Notes: generated from the letters alone by a model not told the origin. A stretch of 64,000 nucleotides of DNA from an uncultured Gammaproteobacteria bacterium (GCA_964512985.1 CAZELI010000001.1:31191-95190); one strand, 5' to 3'. Positions 35,533 through 45,031 are shown, counted from the stretch's first letter. Made by a program: numbers and translations.

Positions 35533-36621
35533 ATGACAACAGAAAATTTAGTAGATTTAGACAAGGAGTTTGCAAGGTTATTAGACAAGACCCAAGCAGC
35601 TTCTACTTTCCAAGTAGGCCAAATTATCCAAGGTAAGGTAATTCAGTTTGAAAAGGAAGGTGCGCTAATAGATACTGGCACTAAGGCTGAAGCGTTTCTA
35701 CCTTACAAAGAAGTTAGTAATAGAGAAGATCATCTCAAGCCAGAAGATGTAATTCAGGTTGGTAACGACTACGAGTTTTATGTATTGAAAGAAGCTGGAG
35801 ACAAGAATCCTCTTTTAGTTTCTTATAAGAGAGTTGCTCAAGCACGTGGATGGGTACGTTTAGAAGAGTTGAGAACTAAGGATGAAAGCATTGAAGGAGA
35901 GGTTGTTGCTCTTGTTAAAGGTGGAATTGTTGTAGAGTCTTATGGTGTTAGAGGTTTCATTCCTGCTTCGCAATTGCGTTTGCGCGGAGAAGCTAACAAT
36001 GCTAAAGGTTCTAAGATTGAGTTTAAGATTCTTGAGTTAGATAAGCGTAAAGGTAAACTTATTTGTTCTCAGAAGATTGCATTAGAAGACGAGAAGTCTG
36101 GCTTAAGAGATAAAGCTATCAACGAATTAGAGATAGGACAAGTGATTTCTGGTGAAGTTGTGAGAGTTGCTGAGTTTGGAGCATTCATTGATATCGGTGG
36201 TATAGATGGTTTACTTCCAGTCTCTGAGATCTCTTGGAGACGTATTGCTCACCCTCGTGAAGTAGTGAGTAACGGTGATAAGATCTCTGTTAAGATCCTC
36301 AAGATTGATAAAGCTACTAAGAAGATTTCACTTAGCTATAAGCGTCTTCAACCAGATCCTTGGACTGAGATTGAAGGTAAGTTTGCTGAAGGCATGATCG
36401 TTAAAGGTAGAGTTGTGAAGCTTGCTGTGTTTGGTGTATTCGTAGAAATATATCCAGGTGTAGAAGCGCTTCTTCCAGTGTCAGAGATTACTGATGATGA
36501 GGAAGATCCAGCACCAGATCATTACTTGAAGCCTGAAGATGAAGTAGAAGTTCTTATTAAGAAGTTCTCTCCGTACGAAAGACGTATTAGTCTGTCACTT
36601 AAAGATGTAACTCGCGGATAA
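35533..36621 (+). CDS. rpsA: 30S ribosomal protein S1 (short, four S1 domains)
   Basis: Four repeats of the S1 OB-fold pattern (G.V..G.V......GA.(I/V)D.G....G.LP.SE). Confidence 0.9.
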   Translation: MTTENLVDLDKEFARLLDKTQAASTFQVGQIIQGKVIQFEKEGALIDTGTKAEAFLPYKEVSNREDHLKPEDVIQVGNDYEFYVLKEAGDKNPLLVSYKRVAQARGWVRLEELRTKDESIEGEVVALVKGGIVVESYGVRGFIPASQLRLRGEANNAKGSKIEFKILELDKRKGKLICSQKIALEDEKSGLRDKAINELEIGQVISGEVVRVAEFGAFIDIGGIDGLLPVSEISWRRIAHPREVVSNGDKISVKILKIDKATKKISLSYKRLQPDPWTEIEGKFAEGMIVKGRVVKLAVFGVFVEIYPGVEALLPVSEITDDEEDPAPDHYLKPEDEVEVLIKKFSPYERRISLSLKDVTRG

Positions 36622-36646
36622 TTCTATTCTTCAGAAAGTCTGTAAT

Positions 36647-36755
36647 CGTCATCCCGAGGAGTCCACGAAGTGGACGACGTCGGGATCCAGTCATAAATAT
36701 AAAATATTGTAACTTTCGACTGGATTGCTACGCCGCTTCGCGGCTCGCAATGACG
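36647..36755 (+). repeat. Nested palindromic element, family 2, copy B
   Basis: Outer CGTCAT/ATGACG encloses CCCGA[GTCCAC-GAA-GTGGAC]TCGGG, ATCCAGTC..GACTGGAT and TTGC..GCCGC-TTC-GCGGC..GCAA. The 5' part (TCGTCATCCYGAGGA..GACGT..GGATCCA) matches copy A. Confidence 0.6.
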
Positions 36756-36770
36756 CTGCTAGATTAATCT

Positions 36771-37004
36771 TTAGGCAGACTGTATATTCAGTCTCGTATA
36801 TAAAAAACTATCTTCAAAAATTTTTCTATTATTATCGATAGAACGAATTGCTAGTAGTCGTTCCTTGCTTATGGCGGGTTTGAATTTATTCGCCACTCCT
36901 CTCTGAGCAAGCAGTAAATCGCTGTAGTCAACTTCGGAAGAAGAGTTAGGCTTAATTGCCAAACTCCTGAATCCCATATTAGCACCGCGAAATGCTGCTC
37001 GCAT
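36771..37004 (-). CDS. Possible small protein (77 aa)
   Basis: ORF only. Confidence 0.3.
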   Translation of the reverse strand: MRAAFRGANMGFRSLAIKPNSSSEVDYSDLLLAQRGVANKFKPAISKERLLAIRSIDNNRKIFEDSFLYTRLNIQSA

Positions 37005-37059
37005 CTTGAACCCCCAAATAAGAACCTAATAAAAAATAATTACAAGAAACTATGTAGGA

Positions 37060-37260
37060 CTAATCGATAGCGTGGGCTTTTTGTAAATTACCCCATGCTG
37101 CCCAGGCTTTTTCTTCAAAATCAACAAGCACGTTTAATGGTGCTTTATGTTTTAAAGCTTTCTGTTTATATTCTTCTAAAATTGATTTTAAAATCGGTTT
37201 TGGAGTTTGCATCCAACTTAACCTAGATAATTCTTTTCCACCCAATAACAATTCAGACAT
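37060..37260 (-). CDS. Possible small protein (66 aa)
   Basis: ORF only; helical and lysine-rich. Confidence 0.35.
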   Translation of the reverse strand: MSELLLGGKELSRLSWMQTPKPILKSILEEYKQKALKHKAPLNVLVDFEEKAWAAWGNLQKAHAID

Positions 37261-37332
37261 CCCAAATCCCCCTTAAAAACCCTTGTCTTATCTTTATGCC
37301 CAAATTTTAGGTGTTTGTAACATAATATTACT

Positions 37333-37506
37333 ATGAAACAATCAAAAAAAAGTCTAACACTAAAGTTTGATAAAAATGTTCATGATCAACTTGTGACTAC
37401 TGCTGTTTATGAAAATAGAAGTGTGACAAATCTGGTAGAAACTTTACTTTTGCAGAAATTAGCTGAAAATAATTTTGAAACTAAATTAGAAAAAGCTAAG
37501 AAGTAA
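37333..37506 (+). CDS. Small ribbon-helix-helix (Arc/CopG-like) protein, 57 aa; below the ORF-track size cut-off
   Basis: My translation: MKQSKKSLTLKFDKNVHDQLVTTAVYENRSVTNLVETLLLQKLAENNFETKLEKAKK. This gives a beta-strand (LTLKF), helix A and helix B (VTNLVETLL) pattern. Confidence 0.5.
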   Translation: MKQSKKSLTLKFDKNVHDQLVTTAVYENRSVTNLVETLLLQKLAENNFETKLEKAKK

Positions 37507-37515
37507 TGATACTAG

Positions 37516-38811
37516 TTATTTTTTATACAAACAAACAACTCTATCTAATTTAAGTCCTTGATCTTCTTTCAAGAAGGCTGAGTTGTAGCAGCTGGTTCTA
37601 GGGATGTCGTCATTGATGATTAGTTCTACACTGAATCCAGTTTCTTCGGCTTCCTGAGCGATGATTTCTGCGGTGATAATTTTATATGGACCAGCTTTAG
37701 TTTTTTTAATAACGTCACCGACTACATAGAATGCCCATCTGCCAGATTTAAGAACCTTGAAAGCTTCTTCTAAATGCTGGCGCATTGCAACTCTATATTT
37801 ATCTTCGACAGCAGTGTGTAAAGTTTGTTTGTGAACTTCCTTGAAATTAAATCCTAAGAACCACTCCCTAAGCCAATTGTCCCAAGCATAAGTTTGTGCT
37901 GTGAAGTATGGGGGGCTCGTCACTATTAGATCAATGCTGTCATGTAAGCTTGTAGGTAGGTCCATTGCGGAACCAAGTATTGCTCTTCCAGGATGGGCAT
38001 TCACGCCGCTAGAGAGAAGTTTCTCTGAGCGTTTGATAAGGCATTCTTTAAGATCACGATCTGGTTTCTCAAGCCCATGCTCTTTAGAGTATTTAGCGAC
38101 GTAATTAGGAGCCATGCTGTAACTATGAGAACAAGGCACTGAGAGGCTTAGCTCAGATGAACCATGTATGATACCAATAATTACTCCTACCCAATATTGA
38201 GCATAACTAGCATTCTTGGATTTTTTAGCTTGCTCGAATTTAGGAGCATCGATATAACTTAGATGTCTAAATGAATAATCTTGATTAATAGCTTCTCTGA
38301 ATCCCAAGATTTGTTTAAGGACATTGTCATGATAAAAAACCTTAACTTCTTTAGGAACTGCTGCTAGATCAGCTTTGCTAGGTTGAATAAACTCAAGTTT
38401 TTGTAAATAAGCAACTGCATCATCGTGATTAATTGAGAGGGTCTTAGCTGCAGTGAGTGCATAAGCTTCTGGAGCTACATCTAATCCAATACCATGACGT
38501 TGATTTAAACAGGCTTGCAATGCAGTAGTGCCTTTACCAGAGAATGGATCAAGGATAGTGTCACCTTGGTTACTAAAGTTTTGGATAAAGTAATCTGTTA
38601 ATGCTGGTGGAAATGAACCTGATCTAGAAGCCATGCCATGCAGACTATGACCCCAATTACGTTTCTTTTCTTTCCAGGAATCATTGAGGAAATAACTACT
38701 AGTGAAGTAACGATTTTTACGTGACTCTATATATTCTTCATCTATAAGCTCAGCTAGACCGGCTCTTAATAGTGTGGGTTTATTTTTCTTTTTAACTTGT
38801 GTTTGGGCCAC
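37516..38811 (-). CDS. DNA methyltransferase (N6-adenine or N4-cytosine), alpha-type motif order, no partner nuclease seen
   Basis: AdoMet motif I ILDPFSGKGTTALQA near residue 90 and catalytic motif IV TSPPYF near residue 300, with about 200 aa between them. Confidence 0.8.
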   Translation of the reverse strand: MAQTQVKKKNKPTLLRAGLAELIDEEYIESRKNRYFTSSYFLNDSWKEKKRNWGHSLHGMASRSGSFPPALTDYFIQNFSNQGDTILDPFSGKGTTALQACLNQRHGIGLDVAPEAYALTAAKTLSINHDDAVAYLQKLEFIQPSKADLAAVPKEVKVFYHDNVLKQILGFREAINQDYSFRHLSYIDAPKFEQAKKSKNASYAQYWVGVIIGIIHGSSELSLSVPCSHSYSMAPNYVAKYSKEHGLEKPDRDLKECLIKRSEKLLSSGVNAHPGRAILGSAMDLPTSLHDSIDLIVTSPPYFTAQTYAWDNWLREWFLGFNFKEVHKQTLHTAVEDKYRVAMRQHLEEAFKVLKSGRWAFYVVGDVIKKTKAGPYKIITAEIIAQEAEETGFSVELIINDDIPRTSCYNSAFLKEDQGLKLDRVVCLYKK

Positions 38812-38863
38812 AAATATATTAGTCGTTCATTGGGCCCACAGTGTTCCTGGGAACAATTTTTAA

Positions 38864-40684
38864 CTAGCTATCTTTGGGTTTGTTAAATAAAGGTTTAATA
38901 AATTCTCTGTACTTTGCTCTTATAACATTACGTTTGATTTTGAGGGTTGGAGTAAGTTCCCCGCCTTCTATGGTTAGTTCATTATCAAGAATATGAAAAG
39001 CTTTCACTTGCTCATAGCGACCGAGATTAGGGCTAAGTCGAGTGATTTCAAATTCTATTAAATTATAAACTTCTAGTAATTCAGAGAGTTTTTTACCTGG
39101 GGCTATTTCTATCTTTTGATGATGTAAATATTCCTTCACTTGATGTTCGTTGAGAACAAGTAAGGCTGCTAAGTATTTCTCTTGGTCACCAAGTATCACC
39201 GCTTGATTAATATATTTACTCTGGAGTAATATATCTTCTACTCGTTGCGGAGCTATATTCTTACCACCTGCAGTAATAATAAGGTCTTTTTTGCGTCCAG
39301 TGATAGAGAGGTAGCCATCTTCATCAAAGCTTCCAAGGTCCCCAGTATGAAACCAACCTTCGATGTCTATCGCTTCGGCAGTGTCTTCTGGTCTCTTATA
39401 ATATTCCTTAAACACCGAGTCACCACGGCAAAGTATCTCTCCATCATCAGCAATCTTAACTTCGAAATGAGTGAACGGAATACCGACGGTTCCAGGTCTG
39501 TTAGCCCAAGGTGGATTAACGGTAATAGGAGCAGAAGTTTCGGTTAGTCCGTAACCCTCTACTACAGAGAATCCTAGAGCAAGGAAGAAGTAAGCTAGAT
39601 CTTTAGAGAAGGGCGCCCCACCTACTACAAATACTTTAAGCTGAGGAGCAATTTTTTCTTTGACCTTAGAAAGTATCATATTTTGGGCAATACTATGCTT
39701 GAGTTCTAAACTCCAATGAATTTCTTCCTTGGCAATTTTTTTCTTAGCATATTCTATTCCTAGTTCTAATGCCTTCTCAAAAGCCTTTCTGCTAATAGGA
39801 TTCATTTGGCTTACACTTAGCAGGATCTTAGTATGTAATTTTTCCAGGATACGCGGTACCACGTTCATCATATTGCACTCAGATTCAATGAGTAGTTTAG
39901 GTAATGCTTCGGCTGACTCACAGTAAGTGAATACTACACCCTGGTCTATGCCATAAATCTGCGAAGCGACTCTCTCAAATATATGTGCAAGTGGCAGAAA
40001 TGAGAGCATATTAGTGTTTTCATCGAAGGGCACATATTGATAAAACGATAAAGCTGCTACTAGAAAATTTCTATGACTTAGTACTACACCTTTAGGTTCA
40101 CCTGTTGTTCCTGAAGTATAAATGATGCTAGCTAAGTCATCTAGATTGACTTCAGGAATTTTCCTTTCAATTAATTGAGGATCTTTTTTAAGTTCTAGGG
40201 CGCCGATTCTTCGGAGTTCATCTAATACAAGGATTCTGTGATCATTCACTGGAATATCACCCTTATCATCCATGACAATTACATAGCGCAAATGCGGTAG
40301 GCGAGACCAAGCTGCACGAAGTTTTTGTAATTGGATTTTATTGCGGACTATGACTACTTGTAATTCGGCGTGATTAACTATGTATTCAATCGTGTCACTG
40401 GTAGAGTTGTGATACATTGGTACGGTACAAGCACCAAGACTTAAAATTCCAAAATCGCATGGTAACCAATGATGACAAGTCTCAGCAATAATTCCCACCA
40501 TGTCACCTTTCTTTACTCCAAGCTTTTGTAAGCCAGCAGCTATCTCTTCTACCTTAGTTTTAACTTCTTTCCATGTAGAATCTATTAATGGTCTATTAGG
40601 ATGCACTTTATGACGCATTAAGATTTTTTTCGAGTTTGCCTCGGCTCTTTTGAAAAATAGATCAGCTAGGTTTTTATATTTCAT
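38864..40684 (-). CDS. Long-chain acyl-CoA synthetase (AMP-forming)
   Basis: YTSGTTGEPKGV AMP-binding signature, GYGLTET, and the TGDLG..DGYL.ITGRKKD C-terminal block. Confidence 0.85.
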   Translation of the reverse strand: MKYKNLADLFFKRAEANSKKILMRHKVHPNRPLIDSTWKEVKTKVEEIAAGLQKLGVKKGDMVGIIAETCHHWLPCDFGILSLGACTVPMYHNSTSDTIEYIVNHAELQVVIVRNKIQLQKLRAAWSRLPHLRYVIVMDDKGDIPVNDHRILVLDELRRIGALELKKDPQLIERKIPEVNLDDLASIIYTSGTTGEPKGVVLSHRNFLVAALSFYQYVPFDENTNMLSFLPLAHIFERVASQIYGIDQGVVFTYCESAEALPKLLIESECNMMNVVPRILEKLHTKILLSVSQMNPISRKAFEKALELGIEYAKKKIAKEEIHWSLELKHSIAQNMILSKVKEKIAPQLKVFVVGGAPFSKDLAYFFLALGFSVVEGYGLTETSAPITVNPPWANRPGTVGIPFTHFEVKIADDGEILCRGDSVFKEYYKRPEDTAEAIDIEGWFHTGDLGSFDEDGYLSITGRKKDLIITAGGKNIAPQRVEDILLQSKYINQAVILGDQEKYLAALLVLNEHQVKEYLHHQKIEIAPGKKLSELLEVYNLIEFEITRLSPNLGRYEQVKAFHILDNELTIEGGELTPTLKIKRNVIRAKYREFIKPLFNKPKDS

Positions 40685-40740
40685 TCATGCTTAACCTTTA
40701 TTAATATACCCCTAGCGTATATAGCCGCACTACTTGGATA

Positions 40741-40952
40741 TAATTACTCATCCGATCAAATAATTGTTAATCTATCTAAATTTCATTTTATGTTGTGGTT
40801 GCGCGCCTTCGGCGCGCTTTGTCCTGCGGACTGCTAATAATTTATCGTATTAAGCCGTGCGCAGCGCAACCGCCGCGCAGCGGCGGAACCCAGACCCTAT
40901 CCGGGTTTTAGGGATTGAAATGAAAATATTATAGAAATAGGCGAGTAGTTAT
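40741..40952 (-). mobile_element. MITE copy 3 (inverted relative to copies 1 and 2)
   Basis: Ends are TAATTACTCATCC and GGCGAGTAGTTAT. The core is the reverse complement of copies 1 and 2. Flanking 9-mers are ACTTGGATA (40732-40740) and CATTGGATA (40953-40961), a 7/9 match. Confidence 0.75.
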
Positions 40953-41043
40953 CATTGGATAATACAGATAACATAAGTGACGGGGATCAAGAAAGAATAA
41001 TAAACGTCATTAGTCTTAGGGCAAGTTTTGCCTTGAATTGCTT

Positions 41044-42279
41044 ATGAACACTTATAAATATCTAGCAAGAAATTCACAGGGGCAGACTAAGTCTGGAGCA
41101 ATAGACGCTAATAATATTGAGCTTGCTAAATTTTCTTTACGTAAGCAAGGTCTATGGGTAATTAATATTAACTATTCTGGGGCGAAGAAAGATTCTACTG
41201 CTAATGATAAAGTGCAGGCTAAGTCTGGTTTCTTTGAGAAGAAGATTTCTCTTAAGGACATGGTTATTTTTTCAAGACAGTTCGCTTCAATGATTGAGGC
41301 TGGTATTGCGATGCTTAGGGTGATTACCGTTCTTATCGAACAAACAGAAAATCCTAAACTATCTAAAATGCTTGAAGAGGTGAAGGTAGATATTGAGCAA
41401 GGTGTGCCTCTTTCTGAATCTCTCGCTAAGTTTCCAGAAGCATTTGATCGTTTGTATGTGGCAATGGTCAAGGCTGGTGAAGCTGGTGGTGTACTCGATA
41501 AAGTTCTGAATCGTTTAGCTGGTTTCCTTGAAGCGAGAAGTAAATTAACTCATAAAGTTAAAACAGCAATGACTTATCCCATCACGGTTTTAATCATCTC
41601 AGCTGTAGTAGTTTGGGTGATGCTAACTTTCATTTTACCTAAATTCTCTGCTATCTTTGAAGGTACTGGTAATAAGCTTCCAGCCTTTACACAAGCTTTA
41701 ATCGATGTAAGTAATTTTCTTCGTTCTCCATGGGTTCTGGTATTAGGTGTCATAGCTTGGTTTATAGTGAATGCTGTTAAATCTTGGTATGCAACTGATT
41801 CTGGAAGATTTACTTTGGACTCTCTTCTGTTAAAGGTCCCAGTATTTGGAGATATATTTAGGAAAGTTGCTGTAGCAAGATTTACTAGAACTTTTGGTAC
41901 TCTGGTAGAATCTGGTGTTCCTATTATTACTGCTTTAGAGGTGGTGAAAGAATCTGCTGGCAATGCTGTCTTAGAGAGGGTCGTAGATGATGTGAAGCAC
42001 GAAGCAGAGGAGGGTGGTGCTATATCCACACAACTCGGTAAGTCTGATATATTCCCACCAATGGTTACACAGATGGTGGCTATCGGTGAAGAATCTGGTG
42101 AATTAGAAAACATGCTTGGTAAAATTGCTGACTTCTATGATGATGAAGTAGACGCTGCTGTAGAATCTCTCACCGCCCTCATGGAGCCAATCTTCATTGT
42201 TGTACTTGGTGGTATTGTTGGTACTATCCTTGTTGCGATGTATCTTCCGATATTTGATGTTATTAAAACAATCCAATAG
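41044..42279 (+). CDS. pilC: Type IV pilus / type II secretion platform protein (PilC/GspF family)
   Basis: Two GspF-type repeats with three TM segments, and family blocks such as FSRQFASMIEAGI and FPPMVTQMVAIGEESG. I prefer the ATG at 41044. Confidence 0.85.
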   Translation: MNTYKYLARNSQGQTKSGAIDANNIELAKFSLRKQGLWVININYSGAKKDSTANDKVQAKSGFFEKKISLKDMVIFSRQFASMIEAGIAMLRVITVLIEQTENPKLSKMLEEVKVDIEQGVPLSESLAKFPEAFDRLYVAMVKAGEAGGVLDKVLNRLAGFLEARSKLTHKVKTAMTYPITVLIISAVVVWVMLTFILPKFSAIFEGTGNKLPAFTQALIDVSNFLRSPWVLVLGVIAWFIVNAVKSWYATDSGRFTLDSLLLKVPVFGDIFRKVAVARFTRTFGTLVESGVPIITALEVVKESAGNAVLERVVDDVKHEAEEGGAISTQLGKSDIFPPMVTQMVAIGEESGELENMLGKIADFYDDEVDAAVESLTALMEPIFIVVLGGIVGTILVAMYLPIFDVIKTIQ

Positions 42280-42446
42280 ACTTTCTTAACCTCCAGGGGT
42301 TAAATGACCCCCTTGAAATCATAATTTAGTTCTAATGACTTTGATTTATACTCTGAAATAGGCTTGATGAAAGGCTTTACAAATAATTTCACAGAGGTTT
42401 TTTGACCCCTTTCATTTGATGAGGACTTTTTGCATAATGGATTTCT

Positions 42447-42710
42447 ATGCATATAAGTGAACAGGAAATTTGGCACTTTGAATTATCAGAAAAGTTTCGA
42501 GCAGAAACATTTAGACAAGCTGGATATGTTTGTTTTACTCCTTTTTGTCTTATGGTTCTTCATTGCTTATTAACAGGATTTAAATATTATGACCATATGA
42601 ATTTATGCGGTATAATTTCTTTGATGCTTGCATATTGTGGATATAAATTCATATCGAAAGCATATGGTTTGGTTTCTAGAGTTGATTGGAGTAAATATTA
42701 TGCTGGATAG
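42447..42710 (+). CDS. Possible small membrane protein (87 aa)
   Basis: ORF with two hydrophobic segments. Confidence 0.35.
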   Translation: MHISEQEIWHFELSEKFRAETFRQAGYVCFTPFCLMVLHCLLTGFKYYDHMNLCGIISLMLAYCGYKFISKAYGLVSRVDWSKYYAG

Positions 42711-42867
42711 TATAGATGGAATAGTCACAATAGTTTGCTTAATATTAGGTACTGGAATAATTTTATATACGCCATTTGGTGTTACTCGTACTGCAAGAAA
42801 AATTGCTAAGGAAAACATTAAAAAACTTGGCTTGCCGCCAGAAGCTATTAAGAGTTTTCCATTCTAA
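42700..42867 (+). CDS. Possible small membrane protein (55 aa)
   Basis: The ATG at 42700 overlaps the previous stop by 11 nt. One hydrophobic segment ([16 protein letters not shown]). Confidence 0.35.
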   Translation: MLDSIDGIVTIVCLILGTGIILYTPFGVTRTARKIAKENIKKLGLPPEAIKSFPF

Positions 42868-43622
42868 ATACTTCTTACTGGCACTCTCGCTTCTTTCATC
42901 GCTGCTTTAATCTCTGCGATAGTAAGTTCTTTATAATGTAGTAATGAAGCTAGTAGGGCGGCATCAGCACCTGACTGAAATGCTTTAATAATATCTTCTG
43001 TAGAACCAGCTCCACCACTAGCGATGATGGGTATATCTACTAAGGCTGCTGCTTGACTGGTGATGCCTAGATCGTAGCCAGCTTTAGTACCATCTGCATC
43101 CATGCTTGTTAATAATATTTCACCAGCGCCTAGGTCATAGACCTGCTTAATCCATTCCAGTGCATCTAGACCGGTATTTTCTCTACCACCTCTAACAAAT
43201 ACCTCCCATTTATTAGGGCTAGTTTGTTTTACATCTACTGCGATTACTATACATTGAGAGCCGAATCTATCCGAAGCTTCCTTGACTAATTTAGGATTAC
43301 GAACTGCACCAGAATTGATTCCTACTTTATCTGCACCTGCCTTAAGTAAATTAGCTACATCCTCTACATTGCTGACGCCACCACCTACGGTTAATGGTAT
43401 GAAAATTTTCTTAGCTGTGGCTTCGATGATTTGATAAGTAGCTTTGCGCTCTTCGTGACTAGCAGTTATATCGAGAAAGCAGATTTCATCAGCACCTTGA
43501 TGATAATACAGCGCCGCTAATTCTACTGGATCACCAGCATCACGAATTTCGACGAAGTTAGTGCCTTTGACGACCCTCCCCTTATCTACATCTAAGCATG
43601 GAATTATGCGCTTACTAAGCAT
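42864..43622 (-). CDS. hisF: Imidazole glycerol phosphate synthase, cyclase subunit
   Basis: [36 protein letters not shown] and IASGGAG blocks of canonical HisF. Confidence 0.95.
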   Translation of the reverse strand: MLSKRIIPCLDVDKGRVVKGTNFVEIRDAGDPVELAALYYHQGADEICFLDITASHEERKATYQIIEATAKKIFIPLTVGGGVSNVEDVANLLKAGADKVGINSGAVRNPKLVKEASDRFGSQCIVIAVDVKQTSPNKWEVFVRGGRENTGLDALEWIKQVYDLGAGEILLTSMDADGTKAGYDLGITSQAAALVDIPIIASGGAGSTEDIIKAFQSGADAALLASLLHYKELTIAEIKAAMKEARVPVRSI

Positions 43623-43660
43623 GAGTAGGATTATAACAAGTATCGGTGTAAAATAAAGTT

Positions 43661-45031
43661 ATGTCTCCTCTTGAATCGATATTGCGCTTCGTGATTAAAG
43701 CTTTCTCAAGTTTATATTTTCATTTAATTTATAGTCCTAAGCAAAAGAGCCGCAAGTATCATGCGGTGTCAGGTAAGGTGCTGGGTAACGAAGAACTTTC
43801 TAATATGATAGACGCGAGTCTTGATATGTGGCTTACTACTGGTAGGTTTAATGATCAATTCGAGGAAAAGTTAGCTAAGTTTATAGGGGCAAGGTTTGCT
43901 CTTACTACTAACTCTGGTTCATCTGCTAATTTACTAGCTATCACAGCGCTTACTTCCCCTAAGCTCCAGCAGAGAGCTTTGCAAGCTGGTGATGAAGTGA
44001 TTACTGTAGCTGCTGGTTTCCCTACTACTGTGAATCCCATCATACAAAACAATCTAGTACCAGTTTTCGTGGATGTGGAGCTTGGTACTAATAATATTAA
44101 TGCTAACCAGATTGAGTCTGCCATCACTTCTAAAACGAAGGCTATCTTTGTTGCGCATACTCTTGGGAATGTTTATGAACTCGATAAAATTCAGGCTATA
44201 TGTAAGAAGCATAATCTATGGTTAGTAGAGGATAACTGTGATGCTCTCGGTTCTAAATATCTAGGACAAAACACTGGGACCTTCGGTGATATATCTACTA
44301 TGAGTTTCTACCCAGCGCATCATATTACTATGGGCGAAGGTGGTGCCTTAATCACTAATGATCCTTTATTACGTAAGATCATCATGTCCTTTAGAGATTG
44401 GGGTAGAGATTGCTGGTGTCCTGGTGGTCGTGACAATACTTGTAATAATCGTTTTGGATTCAGTCTAGGAGCCTTGCCTGAAGGTTATGATCACAAGTAT
44501 ATTTATTCACATATTGGTTATAACCTCAAGATCACTGACTGGCAGGCTGCATGCGGCTTAGCGCAATTAGATAAATTAGAGAGTTTTATTCAAGCACGAA
44601 AAAGCAACTTCGATATTTTAAGTGCTGGTTTGAAAGATTTAGAAGAATATTTAATACTGCCCCATGCAGTGGAGAACGCTGAGCCTAGTTGGTTTGGCTT
44701 CCCGATTACCGTTAAAGCTACTGCGCCTTTTAATAAGATAGAGCTTGCTCGATATTTAGAAGAGAATAATATCGGTACTAGACAATTATTTGCGGGTAAT
44801 ATTCTTCGTCAACCTGCTTACTTGGATAGAAGTTTCAAACTAAGAATTCGTGATTCTGAGTTATTAGATAGTAAGGACCTTACGGATAAGCATTATGCAA
44901 TGCTCCCTAATTCAGATATAGTCATGAAACAAACCTTCTGGATTGGTGTCTGGCCAGGCTTACGCAGAGATGAGCTGGATTATATGATTAAGGTTATTCA
45001 TGAGTTTTGTGGTAAATCTTACTTTACATGA
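43661..45031 (+). CDS. rfbH: CDP-4-keto-6-deoxy-D-glucose 3-dehydrase (E1; RfbH/DdhC/AscC type), DegT-fold
   Basis: DegT/aminotransferase fold with His where the PLP lysine normally sits (SFYPAHHITMGEGG). Cys spacing counted by hand is C-x57-C-x1-C-x7-C (DNC...DCWCPGGRDNTC). Confidence 0.85.
   Translation: MSPLESILRFVIKAFSSLYFHLIYSPKQKSRKYHAVSGKVLGNEELSNMIDASLDMWLTTGRFNDQFEEKLAKFIGARFALTTNSGSSANLLAITALTSPKLQQRALQAGDEVITVAAGFPTTVNPIIQNNLVPVFVDVELGTNNINANQIESAITSKTKAIFVAHTLGNVYELDKIQAICKKHNLWLVEDNCDALGSKYLGQNTGTFGDISTMSFYPAHHITMGEGGALITNDPLLRKIIMSFRDWGRDCWCPGGRDNTCNNRFGFSLGALPEGYDHKYIYSHIGYNLKITDWQAACGLAQLDKLESFIQARKSNFDILSAGLKDLEEYLILPHAVENAEPSWFGFPITVKATAPFNKIELARYLEENNIGTRQLFAGNILRQPAYLDRSFKLRIRDSELLDSKDLTDKHYAMLPNSDIVMKQTFWIGVWPGLRRDELDYMIKVIHEFCGKSYFT

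Noticed and set aside
37516-38811. Complete restriction-modification system
   Set aside because: Only the methyltransferase is recognisable. The neighbouring ORFs are 57-77 aa, too small for any nuclease family I know.
42290-42310. Hairpin TTAACC..GGTTAA after pilC as an intrinsic terminator
   Set aside because: The stem is short and AT-rich, and no T-run follows it.
42864-43622. hisF as a WbuZ-like glycan-pathway amidotransferase subunit, because it abuts rfbH
   Set aside because: The sequence carries all canonical HisF blocks and no hisH-like partner is adjacent. Dispersed his genes fit the rest of the window, so I keep it as housekeeping hisF.
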